Shown: one piece after another, positions 1-13,116 of the stretch
Layout of the letters: each line of letters starts with the position of its first letter
Numbering within the stretch: position 1 is the stretch's first letter
NCBI GenBank assembly: GCA_951406725.2
Contig: OX597831.1
Coordinates: forward strand, 22,010,001-22,074,000
DNA length: 64,000 bases
Source: Octopus vulgaris
Lineage: Eukaryota
Direction of reading: 5' to 3'
Notes under the pieces: generated by a model
The model's database searches: none
What the model saw: the letters and a program-made list of their open reading frames with translations, nothing else
Told to the model about the DNA's origin: nothing
Made by a program: the position numbers and the translations under genes

Positions 1-296
1 TTGTGCTGTTAAATGTTTTAATTATTTCTGTTTTCCACGCATACAGTTTTCTCTGTTATCTTGGTGCGGTAGGGTGGATTAAGTTAAGACTTTAGCTCTT
101 ATTTCTAGCAGGTAGATGCTTGTTAAGCATCATTGCGCTTCGTGCAAATTTATAATTCATAGCTATTTAATACTATTGCGCCTGCGATCCACCTATGCCA
201 CTGCTGGTGATATCATCAGTTTTAAAATTTATCCACAGATGATATGAACAGTAGTGACATCTGATTACTAGTCTCAGTGTTTGAATGTTTTGCTTA

Positions 297-334
<38 letters not shown>

Positions 335-367
335 ATTACGGATTACGATAGAAAGTAACTTTAACAA

Positions 368-1450
368 CGTAGATTTTTAGATATTAACTTAGATTTGCAA
401 TTAGATAAATTTAAACCCTACTGTAAGCCCAATGAAAAGCTATGTTATATTAACAAAGAATCAAATCATCCACTCGTAATTCTTTAGAATCTAGTTAGTA
501 ATATAGTAAGGCACATATCATCCATATCTTCAGATGAGACAGCATTTCAAAATGCTGCACTGCATTGTAATAATACATTAAGGAACAGTGGATTATTGGA
601 GAAGATCCAGTATAATCAAACTAATTCTAGCAATAATAGACCACGTAGACCAAGAACTAAGAAAGTTTGTGGTTTAATATGGCATTTAATATTGCTGTGA
701 CAACAAATATTGAGAAGGAATTCTTAAAATTCTTAAACATTTTCAAACTAGCCATAAGTTATACTAAAGATTGTTTGCCAATTTATCATGGTAGTCCTGG
801 TTTAGGACGAATGTTGCCATGTTATACTGGCAAACACTCTTTACTACAAGGTACTGTTGCTGAATATCTTATGTTGTGGGATTTAAAAATAGTAATTTTC
901 TAGCCATAAGTTCTATAGAATTTTAAATAGAGAACACTGAAGGTTAGTTATTCTTGTTGCAAAAACTTTTATTAATCAGCATAACACAAACATTATTACA
1001 AATATCCATAGTGCTGAATTTAACCAGAAGAACTGCAACTTCAAAGATAAGAGTTGCTGTCCGTTGGAAGGAAAATGTCTTGAAAAAAGAATATTTTATA
1101 GAGCTAAAGTGCAAATAGACGACTCACAAGAATATAGAACATACATAGGGGCTTCGGAAAATTAATTCAATACAAGGCTTTATTCCTACCGAAACTCTTT
1201 CTGATACCCCGAGAATAGGACAGCAACAAGTCTTGCAAAATATGTCTGGCAATTGAAGGAGAATGACACCTATCTTTTCAACATCAGCTGGACGACTTTG
1301 GAAAAAACACCACCATATGAAAATGGAGCTTATAGAAAACCTATGAAATGTAATCTTTGCCTCTCTGAAAAGTTCTTCATCCTGCTTCAGGATAAACTTG
1401 CATTGAACCAGAGACGTTATCTCTTAAATTCCTGCACTCATGCTGCGACG
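368..1450 (+). mobile_element. Penelope-like retroelement relic (RT thumb + GIY-YIG endonuclease), degenerate
   Basis: Translation across stops and frameshifts gives FLDINLDL..KPYCKPNEKLCYINKESNHP, WFNMAFN..V.TNI.KEFL, KVSYSC, CPLEGKCL, YIGASEN, TSLAKYVWQLKE and KCNLCLSEKFFIL, typical of PLE thumb, linker and GIY-YIG. Starts just after (TA)n. Confidence 0.85.
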
Positions 1451-1723
1451 TTTAAAGACTACCTCTCTCTTCATAAATGTGCTAGAAATTTCACACTGAT
1501 ATGGCTTTGTTGTCTCATTATATTCAACACACACACACACACGCAAATATCTATATTAATCAATAACCATTGTCATATCTTCCGTCTTCTGTTTCTCTCA
1601 TTAATTAAATACCCAACGAACAGCGTGACAGTGAACGTGCTTTACCGGTACGCTACAAGGTGTTTACCATACGATTTCTTATCTAATTATATATATATAA
1701 TAAAAGGTCAATAAAAGTAATTC

Positions 1724-2328
1724 CAAATTAAAAGATTGAAAAGTTATAACTACAAGAACAAATATGAAAGGAACCGCATCAACAAAACAACCCCCAAAAT
1801 ATCCCACACACAGACAAGAAAAAATTCTAAATGTTTCAATCCAACAATATGTTTGAATCATCAATAATTATACCTTTTATAGATGTAATAAACGATATAT
1901 TGTTGTTTAAGGAAAATAAGTATATTTTAGGTCTTGAGTTACGAAATGACTTATTTCAGAACTATGTTTAGAAATTTTCAAATGTAAATAAACAACTTTT
2001 TAGGACGTTCAGTATTAGCTAAATTTTAAACGATAAATTTCTAATCACATGAACTCTGCGTTGTTTGTTTACATTTGAAAATGCCTAAACATAATCCTCA
2101 AATAAGTCTTTTCGTAATTCAATACAGAAAATATACTTATTTTCCCTAAAGATATCCAACAATATATAGTTTATTACATCTATAAAAGTTATAACTATTG
2201 ATAATTCAAATATATTGTTGGATTGAAACATATGTAAATATTTGGGGGGAATATTTTGGGGTTGTTTTGTTGATGCGGTTCCTGTTATACTTGTTCTTAT
2301 AGGTATATCTTTTAATCTTTTAATTTGT
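1724..2328. repeat. Long imperfect inverted repeat (arms ~1724-1996 / ~2060-2328)
   Basis: ggaaccgcatcaacaaaacaacccccaaaatat is mirrored by atattttggggttgttttgttgatgcggttcc; ~65-bp spacer. Confidence 0.85.
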
Positions 2329-2532
2329 ATTAATTTTCCAATTGTGATACAAATAAAATGAACCAAGCATCTTTTCAATTTTTCTTCTGTATTTTCTTTT
2401 ACTGACTTTTTGATTTATGAGACTGTTTACACATATATATTGAGGAATTTTTTATCAATATATTTGGTTAAACCTAGTCGGCATCTGGATTGTTTTCTGA
2501 CAATCCATTACGGAGACATTGCTTCCTCAATT

Positions 2533-2611
<79 letters not shown>

Positions 2612-3214
2612 GTAGGGAATATAATTCCAAAACTTACAGGGAAAAATTCAATATAACAATTTTAAATCAAATTTCACAATAAATAATATATGTATATAAT
2701 TTATTGAAAATAAACTCTGTTAAATAATTCAATATAGAAAGTTGTTATTCACACATATAGAAAACATATACTATAAAAACATATTCTAAAAATCAATAAA
2801 ATACAATAAATAGTAAATAATAGTAAAAAAAATAATGTTTCTGTGTCTCAATATATCTACATGTGCGTGTGTGTGTATGCACGTTTGTGCACGTCTGTGT
2901 GTGTGCGTGTATGTGTGTTTTTGTGCGTTTGTCATACGGGTTTAGAGAGAGCTACCGTTTAGTAGAAGCCATAACTTTTTTTCTCTCTGCGGTCAAAGAA
3001 TTTCAGAGAAATAATTTCAACTTTTTTACTACTCCTTAACAATCCGCTGTGTTTCTGAACAAGCTGTGAATAGTAACAGAAAACTATAATATAAAATAAT
3101 AAAAGAACTTGAATGCTGTATAAGTCGTTCTGCAATTCATAACCTCGCAATTATTTGCCAGACTGCAACGTGATACACATTTTGAATAGTGATAAAAAAT
3201 AACCAGAGATCCGT

Positions 3215-3523
3215 GCATGGAATTGCACCTAAAATATTCCCCTCCGAGGCACAAGCTCGGGCAACCTTATTTATAGATGACCAACAATCACTCATGCATA
3301 CCAGCCTCCCATCCCCACGCCACCAGTGTTATCCAAGAGAAAGGCAAAGGCCGATACAACTTGGCACTAGTGATGTTGAAAGTCATTTCTACAGCTGAGT
3401 GAACTGGAGCAACGTGAAATCATGCATTTTGCTCAAGAACACAACTCACAATCCGTTCGTGGAACCGAACTCACTATCTGATGATTGAGAGCCGGACGCT
3501 CTAACCGCTGAGCGACGCGCCTT

Positions 3524-3526
<3 letters not shown>
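3215..3526 (-). mobile_element. tRNA-derived SINE, family C (octopus OR-like)
   Basis: tRNA-like head with A/B boxes; body homologous to 50934-51266. Confidence 0.8.
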
Positions 3527-3572
<46 letters not shown>

Positions 3573-5675
3573 GATAGGTTTCTTTTACTTTCTTACAATT
3601 CTAAATATTATGCATATATCTCGTCAGACTAATGTGTTTATGACATCCAGTGTATCTTGACTCTGAGGCATATTAACTGCCCAGGAAGGTATTGGATGCA
3701 ACGTGAAGAGTAGCACAAGATCAGGCAGTAGAGGCTTATCCAGGATTTATGGTCAGGATGCAACCTGGCCTCGATAGAATGAAAAGCTTAATGAGCCGTA
3801 ACATTTACCTTCTGTTGTTTCTTGCAACAGTTTGCTATTGAAAATAATCTTTTTGACTAAAACACATAATTTTCTATCGCTGGCTTTCTCTGACAGCTCT
3901 GTATAATTTCAGATCGGTTATTTATTCTAGTGGTGATGACAGAGAGAATGGAATCTAGTAGCTATTTACAGTGTAAACAAACATGGACAAAAATATGTCT
4001 GCCTGCTAGTGAAACGTTATAAGTAAACAATCGTTATGACAATATATGAATTTAAATATTTGCGAAGACATTGAAATATTAATTGCCGAAATGTGCTGCG
4101 ATCGCTGAAAAAGCCTTTGAAAATGCATCACATATTCACATATCCATTGTGGCTTACAGAGATCACGTACGTATTCATTTGTTCACATGCAACGCTACAT
4201 TAGGGAAAGATATAGATAATACCTTTAGACGTCACTAATGTATAGCAGCACGTGGTCTGTGATAGACGGGACTTACTAATTATATAATTGTTAATATTAT
4301 CATCCATTAAACTCAAAATATATTTGGATAGTGCGGATGTCTAAATCTATACCTATGTTGATAGAAACTTATCTTGAAGGGATTTTTACTAAGCCCTACA
4401 CTACTTTTATTTTCACTGCTGTTCGCGAAAGAGTCGTTGCAAGTGAAGCTATCACTTTAGAAAATTGAACTCTCTTTAGACAATGCTATTTGCTCAGGTA
4501 GTAACAATCACAGAGTGAAAAAGAGTTTTGTAAGTTCGTACTGGATACATTCTTCTGTATATGTATGTATGTATGTATGTAAGTATGTATACATGTATGT
4601 ATGTATGTATGTATGTATGTATGTATGTATGTATGTATATATGTATGTATTTATGTATGTATGGAAGCAGTGACATTTTTATACAAGTGTACATCACTTT
4701 AACATTTCTTCTATTGAATATTTCAAGATGTCTCTCACCTTCGTAAAAATGCTTATTATTGTTATTTAGGAAAATTCTGGCAAGTTTGGAGGAGTTTACT
4801 ATAAACTATTTTGATTCTTATTTTTATATTTATTAATTTTATGCTGTTTGTATGTTATATATTTCTGAAAACAAAGTTTTAGTGGATTATTATTATATTT
4901 TTTTTCAATATGTCGCAGTGGTTGTTCGTATTAAAGACACGTAACCTTAGAATTTAGTGAATAATACCGGTGACGATAGAGCAGAAAATCAATATCGAAC
5001 TGTTTGTCCGATTAACATCTGCAAACATTATACTAAAGCACTGCTCAAACTTTTATCCATCTGCGGAGGCATTGCAGTCACTCTTTGAAACCAAATAATT
5101 TTCAAAGGTCAAACAAAAATACCAGCGATGTCAAATCTGTCAGTAAGACAATAAAAGGGTAACAGGCTTCTTTTTTTTTTTTAATACTACCAACACCAGA
5201 CTATGAAATAAAAAGAAGAGGTGAAAGTTCCTTGGAAAGGACGTTATAAAAAGCACCGTACTGAGGCGGGGGGTAAAACTTTACGCTGACGTATCTGCCA
5301 AATCAATGATTTTAACCCCATTAGAAGAAAACAGCAATACAAACGAAAGGGAAATAACGAGACGAAGATGTAGACAAGGAGGTCTAATCTTTCTAATAGA
5401 AGGCAGGAAAACGGATTTATCAAAAATTGGCAACAGAGCAAAAGAACAACAAATTGTACATGTGTTCCGAACTAATCATATTTTCTGACCAAGCCAAATT
5501 CTCTTGCTTTCCTCTGTGTTTTCTTTTCGTAATTATTTCTTTGTTAATATAGAATCTGTCTCTGATAATGCAATTTATTGCTATGCCGTTTCCAGTTTTG
5601 TCTGTCACTTTCTCCGTCTCTCTGTCTCTCTGTCTCTCTGTGTCTCCTCTTCCTGCTCTCTCTCTCTCTCTTTAC

Positions 5676-5725
<50 letters not shown>

Positions 5726-5892
5726 CCTTCTCTCTGCATGTGTGTTTATTATACGTAGAGTGTATATGCATTCACACGCACACACATAAACACAGATACA
5801 TGAAATTTTGTTGAAACTAAGACACTGAATGCGTCTATGTAAATAACGGGAATTTCTATTTCGTATTTGTATAAATATGAAAGAAATTTATT

Positions 5893-6220
5893 CACATAGT
5901 TCTGGGTTCCGTCCCACTGCGTGGCACCTTGGCAACTGTCTTCTACTATAGCCTCGGCCCGACCAAAGCCTTGTGAGTGGATTTGGTAGACGGAAACTGA
6001 AAGAAGCCCGTCATATATATGTATATATATATATATGTATGTGTGGGGGGGGGGCTTGTGTGTGTGTGTTTGTCCCTCCAACATCGCTTGACAACAGATG
6101 CTGCTGTGTTTACGTCACTGTAAATTAGCGGTTCGGCAAAAGAGACCGATAGAATAAGTACTAGGCTTACAAAGAATAAGTCCTGGAGCCGATTTGCTCG
6201 ACTAAAGGCGGTGCTCCAGC
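5893..6220 (+). mobile_element. tRNA-derived SINE, family A (octopus OK-like), truncated at both ends
   Basis: cccactgcgtggcaccttgg...gacggaaactgaaagaagcccg, internal microsatellite and the family 3' half; many copies in this window. Confidence 0.85.
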
Positions 6221-6860
6221 AAAGTATTTGGAAAGCTTGAAAATCGTGTGTGGTCTGATAGAGGTACCACCTTCAAAACTAAGCTTAGTATCAAGGAATC
6301 TTGCATTTTAACGGTCCTCCTGTACTCTTCTGAGGCCCGGATGACATATCGGTGCTGCATCAAGGCTTTGGAAAGATTCCATCAGACTTGCCTAAGCAGG
6401 ATACTAGACATCAATTGGAAGTCTTTAACACCACACGCCGTTGTTCTTCAGTAAGCTAACACATCCAGTGTTGAAATGATCCTCATACGCAATCAGATGC
6501 GTTGGGCTGCGCACCTTGCTAGGATGCTGGATAAAAGGTTGCAAAAGGAGTTGTTTTACGGGGAAATTGCAGCGTGGCAAACGTCCGAGTCATAAACCTA
6601 AGAAACGTTTTAGGGATACTGTCAGGGCAACCTTAAGGCTCTTAATGTGAAAGTTGAAGACTGGGAGCAGATGACGCAAGATCGATCGCAATAGACGTAA
6701 AGCATTTGAAGCTCAAAGAATTGAATAATCTATCTAGAAACGAGCACTTCGTAGACAGGACTTAACTACAATCCCAGACAACTTTTCTGCTTAAAAATAT
6801 TTGTAAGATCTGCAGTAGAGTTTGTTTGTCAAGAGCAGGATTTGCTAGTCATGCAAGTAT
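6221..6860 (+). mobile_element. RTE-clade LINE 3' fragment (RT C-terminus + C2H2 finger), degenerate
   Basis: VLLYSSEA, LERFHQTCLSRILDINWK, QMRWAAHLARM, LFYGE, KRFRDT, CKICSRVCLSRAGFASH. Confidence 0.85.
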
Positions 6861-6864
6861 TTAT

Positions 6865-7035
6865 TGATTCAAGAGATGGCCTTCCGCGTTCATTTACAGG
6901 ACTTATAAAAATGGAAGAACCGCTGCAAAAAGTGTGTGAATATGAGAAGGGAATATATTGAATAAAACCATAATTAATTAATCCTGAATTTCCTTTTACC
7001 CAAAGCCAAGAAATTTTCAGCAGTACCTTTCGTGT
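6865..7035 (+). mobile_element. mariner 3' end remnant
   Basis: Degenerate WKNRCKKCV..GEYIE-like terminus followed by TIR-like aattttcagcagtacctttcgtg and TA. Confidence 0.5.
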
Positions 7036-7040
7036 ATATA

Positions 7041-7105
<65 letters not shown>

Positions 7106-7108
<3 letters not shown>

Positions 7109-7520
7109 ACTTATAAATAAGGGCTAAAGAAAATTATTTCTATGCCAATATGCTGATAACAAACTTTTAAATCGTCAATTTCCACATATTATTTACTCGA
7201 TACAGAAAACACGAAGAGCTGAAATCGAGGAAAGCCTGTCTTTTCGTGTTTTCTACTGAAGAGGAAAAATCTATTTTGAGAATAATTCCGAAATTAATTC
7301 AATATAGAAATAACGAACTTTTAAAAAAATTTCAGCTTTTCGTGTTTTCTGTAGCGAGTGAATAATATGTGGAAATTGACGATTTAAAAGTCTGTTATCA
7401 GCATATTGGCATTGAAATAATTTTCTTTAGCCCTTATTTATAAGTTGTTTATAACTTTAACCTTAAAGGTATTTTAATATGCTGCCACATTTTTTGATGG
7501 ATTTTTTTTCTGTAAAAAAA
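7106..7520 (+). mobile_element. PLE terminal-repeat fold-back remnant within (TA)n
   Basis: Inverted arms 7106-7225 / 7329-7448 plus a ~70-bp unpaired tail; same family as 18641-19384; hammerhead motif in the loop. Confidence 0.75.
7243..7317 (+). ncRNA. Type I hammerhead ribozyme motif
   Basis: tttcta-CTGAAGA-ggaa..ttcc-GAAA-tt aattc aa-TA-tagaaa; all three stems pair and the core is intact. Confidence 0.8.
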
Positions 7521-7539
7521 ACTTCATCCTATATTAGTA

Positions 7540-7603
<64 letters not shown>

Positions 7604-7963
7604 GACGAGAAAGAGAGTGGAAGAGAGAGAGAGAGAGAGAGAGTGTGTGTGTGTGTGTGAGTGAGTGTGAAAGAGAGAGACACTCCTTAATACAAACATT
7701 CTTACTAAGGAAAGAAACTCCCCTTACTAAAACATTTACTACTACTACTGCTACTACTATGACCAACTACCAGAATCAGGAATTCTGTAGGAAATTCGCG
7801 TGAATTTCCAGATCTGATTAAGTGTTCGTTTCTCTTTTTGTCTTCTCTTTTTGGAGAATTTTATTTTATGAAGAATTTTCCTCCGTCTAGCTGTTTTTCT
7901 CTCTACAGAACGAAAAGTTGCATTATGGAACTGTCATTTTAACGAAACTTATTTTATTTATTT

Positions 7964-8067
7964 ATCACCCGATGAGATATGTCCGCACCGCCGGATGCTC
8001 TTGCACCAGTTTTTGTGAGTCCCACAAGAGGAGTCGATGCTAGATGTGTCGAAACAATTGTTGTGAT
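7964..8067 (+). ncRNA. Hammerhead-like motif with U4C core change
   Basis: atcac-CCGATGA-gatat...gtgtc-GAAA-caattg-TT-gtgat; palindromic stem III as in minimal PLE hammerheads. Confidence 0.6.
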
Positions 8068-8114
8068 TAATAATATATTCTCCTATATTCCATCTTCTGT
8101 CTTTCATTTGTTAT

Positions 8115-8147
<33 letters not shown>

Positions 8148-8571
8148 TATATAGATATATACACATGCAAATTGATAATGTAAGTGATGTGTACGTTGTT
8201 GTATTATATGATGAATCAAATGTAATAGCAGATAAGTAAACAAGATAGATAGATAATACACTCGAAAGTAATATGATAGATAACAATTAATAATATAGAC
8301 TAGATATTTATACACGATAATAGTTATTGATGTAATAGATAGAGATAAGAGTATGTAAGCATTGATCGATGATAACCATTGATATACAACGGAGTGACGT
8401 CTGTATATCATCGTTACTTAGGTGTAAAGAAAGTTATTTAGCAAAAGTAGTCTATTATTTTAGCTAACAATCCATTCACGTCACAAACAGGTACAACTCG
8501 AACAGACGCAGGCATATACATACATACATACATACATACATACATGCGCGTATATATTATATACGTATATA

Positions 8572-8771
8572 CTCTCTTTAATTGTTTCAGTCATGTGACT
8601 GTGGCCATGCTGGAGTACCACCTTTAGGCGAGCAAATCGACCCCAGGAGTTCTTTGTAAGCCTAGTACTTATTCTATCGGTCTCCTTTGTCGAACCGCTA
8701 AGTTACGGGGACGTAAACACACCAGCATCGGTTGTCAAGCGACACACAAACATATACACACACATACATAT

Positions 8772-8802
<31 letters not shown>

Positions 8803-8954
8803 CATATATACGACGGGCTTCTTTCAGTTTCCGTCTACCAAATCCAATCACAAGTCTTTGGTCGACCCGAGGCTATAGTAGAAGACACTTGCCCAAACTG
8901 CCATGCAATGGAACTGAACCCGGAACTATTTGGTTCGTAAGCTAGCTACTTTAC
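8572..8954 (-). mobile_element. SINE family A
   Basis: Reverse complement of the family A sequence, both halves present. Confidence 0.85.
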
Positions 8955-9169
8955 TTCATTAAATGTGTCATGAAGACAGTACAAAGATTGGGTAGCTTTG
9001 CAGGCTGGACAAACACATTAATGAATGAAAATGAAATAAAATGAATAAATGAGAGACGAAACCCAACACCCGCCGATCGGATTTTTCTCGGAAACATATT
9101 TTCTGTTTTAAAAAATCAATATGAGGTTTCAAACCTCTTACAAGATGGAGATACTAAAACCTCTTACTT

Positions 9170-10300
9170 AACATGTTTTTTTTTAAACACACAATTGAGG
9201 TTATAAACCACTACAAATAATACAATAAGATACAATAAGGCTTCAAACCCTCTAACGAGGCTTTTTCACTTCCTACTCATCGATATATCCATCAATATAT
9301 CCATCATTATCTTCAATGCCGCTTGAGTTCCTGTATCCCGCCATTTCCCATGCCTCACTCATGTAGGACATGTAAGTCATTCCAGTGTAAGAGCCACCCG
9401 GCCCTATGCGACACTCCTTCCCAAATCTTTAAGCCCTTCCCACAAAGTAAACCTTATGACCTCCACAGCTATCTGCGGAGGCCATTCGGGATCCCGTATG
9501 AAGGCCATATCTACTGTCTCTTTATGTTCTCCTACTATTTTTCCACCTCCCCGCCCTTGTAGAAAAAGATAATTCATATCTTTAATGGTGGGGGTCATTT
9601 CTTCCACCGTGGGTGGCACAACTTCGGGACATGCAGACGGCACATCATCTCCCACCTGCAATGACTTCGAGATATGCAGACGGCACATCATCTCCCACCT
9701 TCCTGACTTCGGGAGAGTGGAGCTCTTCCGCTTTGTCCGGAGTCTCCCCCCCACCTCCTGAAGCCTTAGGGTCCTTCGGCGGGCAACCATTGGTGAAGCG
9801 ATTCTCCCTCTCTTTCCAGTTGCTCTCGTCCACGTCGCCTCGTCTCTCCTCCACTCATAATACCGACCTTCCTTTCTCCGTCTTTCCAAACCACATCTAC
9901 TTTGCCCCCCACCCAATCTGTCCCCTCTCCATTTGTTTTATGTCTTCTTTTTTGGCAAAGATATCTTCCATCGGGACAATATATTATGTTTCTTTCAATA
10001 AATGAGATATTCATTTATAACTTTGGCACAAATTCATCAATAAACTTTTTTTTTTTTGTCGGACATTAAAACTGATCTCTGTAAGTGACTAGTATTCTAT
10101 TTTATCACATTCGGAGACTTTCAATAGCTACGCTAAGTTTAGTTCCCGGAACGAATCGCTTTAGACTGGGCATCGCCTGTCATCCTTTTATGGGATGGAA
10201 ACTAAAATGATTACTAGTCTGGGACGAGAGTAAGACTAAATCCATTGGACGCTTAATCCGTCAAGCAAAACAAAACGAAAATTCTTTTATCAATCATAAA
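9170..10300 (-). other. GC-richer degenerate segment, probably a transposon 5'/ORF1 relic
   Basis: Composition shift, broken ORFs and a 27-bp direct repeat (atgcagacggcacatcatctcccacct, ~9631 and ~9674); no diagnostic motif recognised. Confidence 0.3.
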
Positions 10301-10632
10301 AATCAATATCAACACGTGCACCAGGTCACGTGTGTATATGTATGTAGGCATGAGTATGTATGTGTGTGTATATATGCGTTTGTGTATATATGTATATGTG
10401 TGTGTGTGTGTGATAAACTTGTTAAAGTATCTGATTCACTACATACCAGTATTTCGTTTATGTTCAATACGTAAAGAATTGAATTCCCGCCAGAATCGAG
10501 CTCAATTCTGCTTAGCCGCAAGTGTGGCTGTGTGGTAAGAAACTTGCGTACAACCTCATGGTTCCAGGTTCAGTTCTACTACGTGGCACTTACTATGCAT
10601 GTATATCTCCGTAATATATATATATATATATG

Positions 10633-10836
10633 TACTCTTTTACTTGTTTCAGTCATTCGACTGCGGCCATGCTGCATCACCGCCTTTAGTCGAGCAAATC
10701 GCCCCCAGGACTTATTCTTTGTAAGCCTAGTATTTATTCTATCCGTCTCTTTGGCCGAACCGCTAAGTTACGTGGACGTAAACACACCAGCATCGGTTGT
10801 CAAGGAGGGGACAAACACAGACAGAAACACGCAAAC

Positions 10837-10933
<97 letters not shown>

Positions 10934-11106
10934 CATATATAGACGGGCTTCTTTCAGTTTCCGTCTAACAAATCCACTCACAAGGCTTTGGTCGGCCCGA
11001 GGCTATAGTAGAAGACACTTGCCTAAGGTGCCATGCAGTGGGACTGAACCCAGAGCCATGTGGCTGGTAAGCAAGCTACTTACCACACAGCCATTCTTGC
11101 GCCTAT
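10633..11106 (-). mobile_element. SINE family A, full length with expanded internal (TA)n
   Basis: Head taggcgcaagaatggctgtgtggtaag on the minus strand; tail tgaaacaagtaaaagagta. Confidence 0.9.
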
Positions 11107-11109
11107 ATT

Positions 11110-11140
<31 letters not shown>

Positions 11141-11894
11141 TATGTGCAGAGAGCTTTATAGCATGAATTCCACCACCTCTCCTTATATGCTTTATCCATT
11201 CGCTATGAGAAATCTTATAAGCCTTGCAAGAAGAAAAGAAAATAGCCAAAATAGCTTTGGTCAGGCACTACTAAGGGCATTTCCATATCTGAAGAGCTTC
11301 TCCGGAACCAATAATAACATCTCACACGTGCCAATACCACTACCGATGCAGTGGAGTTCATAGAAACACAGTTACCCAAAAATCAAACCACAGATAGGGA
11401 TTATAGTCTCTTTACTACTGCCTTGTAGGGTTGGTATAGTTTGGGCCGGCTCCCTCCGCAGCACCAATGAGAATGGTAATCGTTTCGGTGCCGATAGCAA
11501 GGGCAGTGACCTCTGCGCCGTGCTATCGATGAAAAGAGCAGAAGTGTAGCCTGTCATGTAACAGGGATGTGAATGATGTCTTCTTTTGTTTGCTTGTATG
11601 AAACCACTGAAGCTTTCTAAATTTACTATCATTCATATCGATCGTGAAATATTTGCGTTTCTAATAGATGAAATATACGTAATCAATATGGTTACGTCAA
11701 TGGTTCTCTTTATATGATAACCTGGTTGACATTCTGTACAGGGTGACCCAACAAGCTGCTGAAATTAGCTTTTAATTAAACATTACATGTCGTTGTTGCA
11801 ACTGTTGTTGTTGTCTTCTTCTTCTTCTTCTTCTTCTTCTTCTTCTTCTTCTTCTTCTTCTTCTTCTTCTTCTTCTTCTTCTTCATCATCATCA

Positions 11895-12720
11895 TCATTC
11901 AATCAGGACTCACGCCATTAGCCACAAAGGATAATCTCTAATTCGAGCCTACTCTGAGATACTAAATCATCATCATCATTGTTCGACCGTGGTCGAGACA
12001 ATGGAATTTACCATGCTACGCCAGACCTCACGGTCCATCATGGCATTACGGAGGTCCTGTTGCTGGATGCCTGTATCCCTGGAGATTACATCAGGGTAGG
12101 AGAGTGTGCGCCCTCTGGTATTGCGAGTAGATGGCTTCCAGAGGAGAAGAGTAGAAATTACTTCTTTTTCAGCTCTACAACAATGTCCAGCAAACTGGAC
12201 TCTCCTACCTTTCACAAGAGATGACACAGGTGGTAGTTTCCCATATATTTGCATTTTGGTTGGATGGCGCTTCCACGAGAGATTTTGAGCTCTCATAAGG
12301 AGGCAAGTGTAGGTTCCATCCAACCACCTCTCAAGCTTCTTTGATAACGTCCAGGTTTCTGAGCCATATAGTAGAATTGGTTCGACTGTGGCCTTGAATA
12401 TTTCAAGTTTGAAGTCTCTACTTAGATTTGATGACCAGATCTTATGCATGTCATTACAGGCTGACCAGGCCATACCCTTTCTAGTTAGAAAGTCTTTTCC
12501 AGATGATGATATGTATGACCCAAGATATTTATAATCAGAAACCATATTTAAGGGCGCGTTGTTGAGAGTATGGATGATACAATCACAGTTGGACAGGCAC
12601 TTGCTTATGTATTCAGTTTTGGCCTCATTGAGGTAAAGACCTACACAATTTGAGGCTTGTTCAAGAGATTGTAAAAGAGACTGAGCATTGGAGAGAGAAT
12701 CACTGATAAGAGCGATAAGC
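11895..12720 (-). mobile_element. RTE-type LINE 3' portion with open RT C-terminal frame (stop at 11976) and (GAT)/(GAA)n tail
   Basis: GLYLNEAKTEY, YKYLGS, ILLYGSETWTL, RRVQFAGHC; 3' UTR runs into a simple-repeat tail. Homology starts just after the missing YADD motif. Confidence 0.9.
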
Positions 12721-12939
12721 GTGTGGCAACTTGAAGATCCACCCACCACACGCGATAGACTGGCGGTTGCACGGGCGCGAAAGCTACGTTGTTATCATCA
12801 TTCCGTAAACGGTGGCTTTTTACAACGGGTGGAGAGCTGAACCATCCTGGGGTACAGAGGATTCGCAATCTAGACAAGGGTCTGAAAGTTTAATACACCA
12901 TGGTGGGTTACACCATGGTTCCTCTGTTTTGTGGTAGAA

Positions 12940-13116
12940 GTAGGAAGAAAGAGTGAGAGAAAGTTGTGGTGAAAGAGTACGGTGAGGTCCACCGCCGGAA
13001 CCCCGGAGTTCAGATGCTTTTGCTAAAAAAAAACACAATGCCCTGTCTGGGAATCGAAACCGCGTTCTTACGACCGCGAGTCTGCTGCCCTAACTACTGG
13101 GCCATTGCGCCTCCAC
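12940..13116 (-). mobile_element. SINE family B head, 3'-truncated
   Basis: ggaggcgcaatggcccagtagttagggcagcagactcgcggtcg, matching 31595-31977. Confidence 0.85.

Noticed and set aside
9404-9916. 170-aa ORF as a protein-coding gene
   Set aside because: No recognisable domain, overlapping broken frames and an internal duplication; more likely a decayed transposon.
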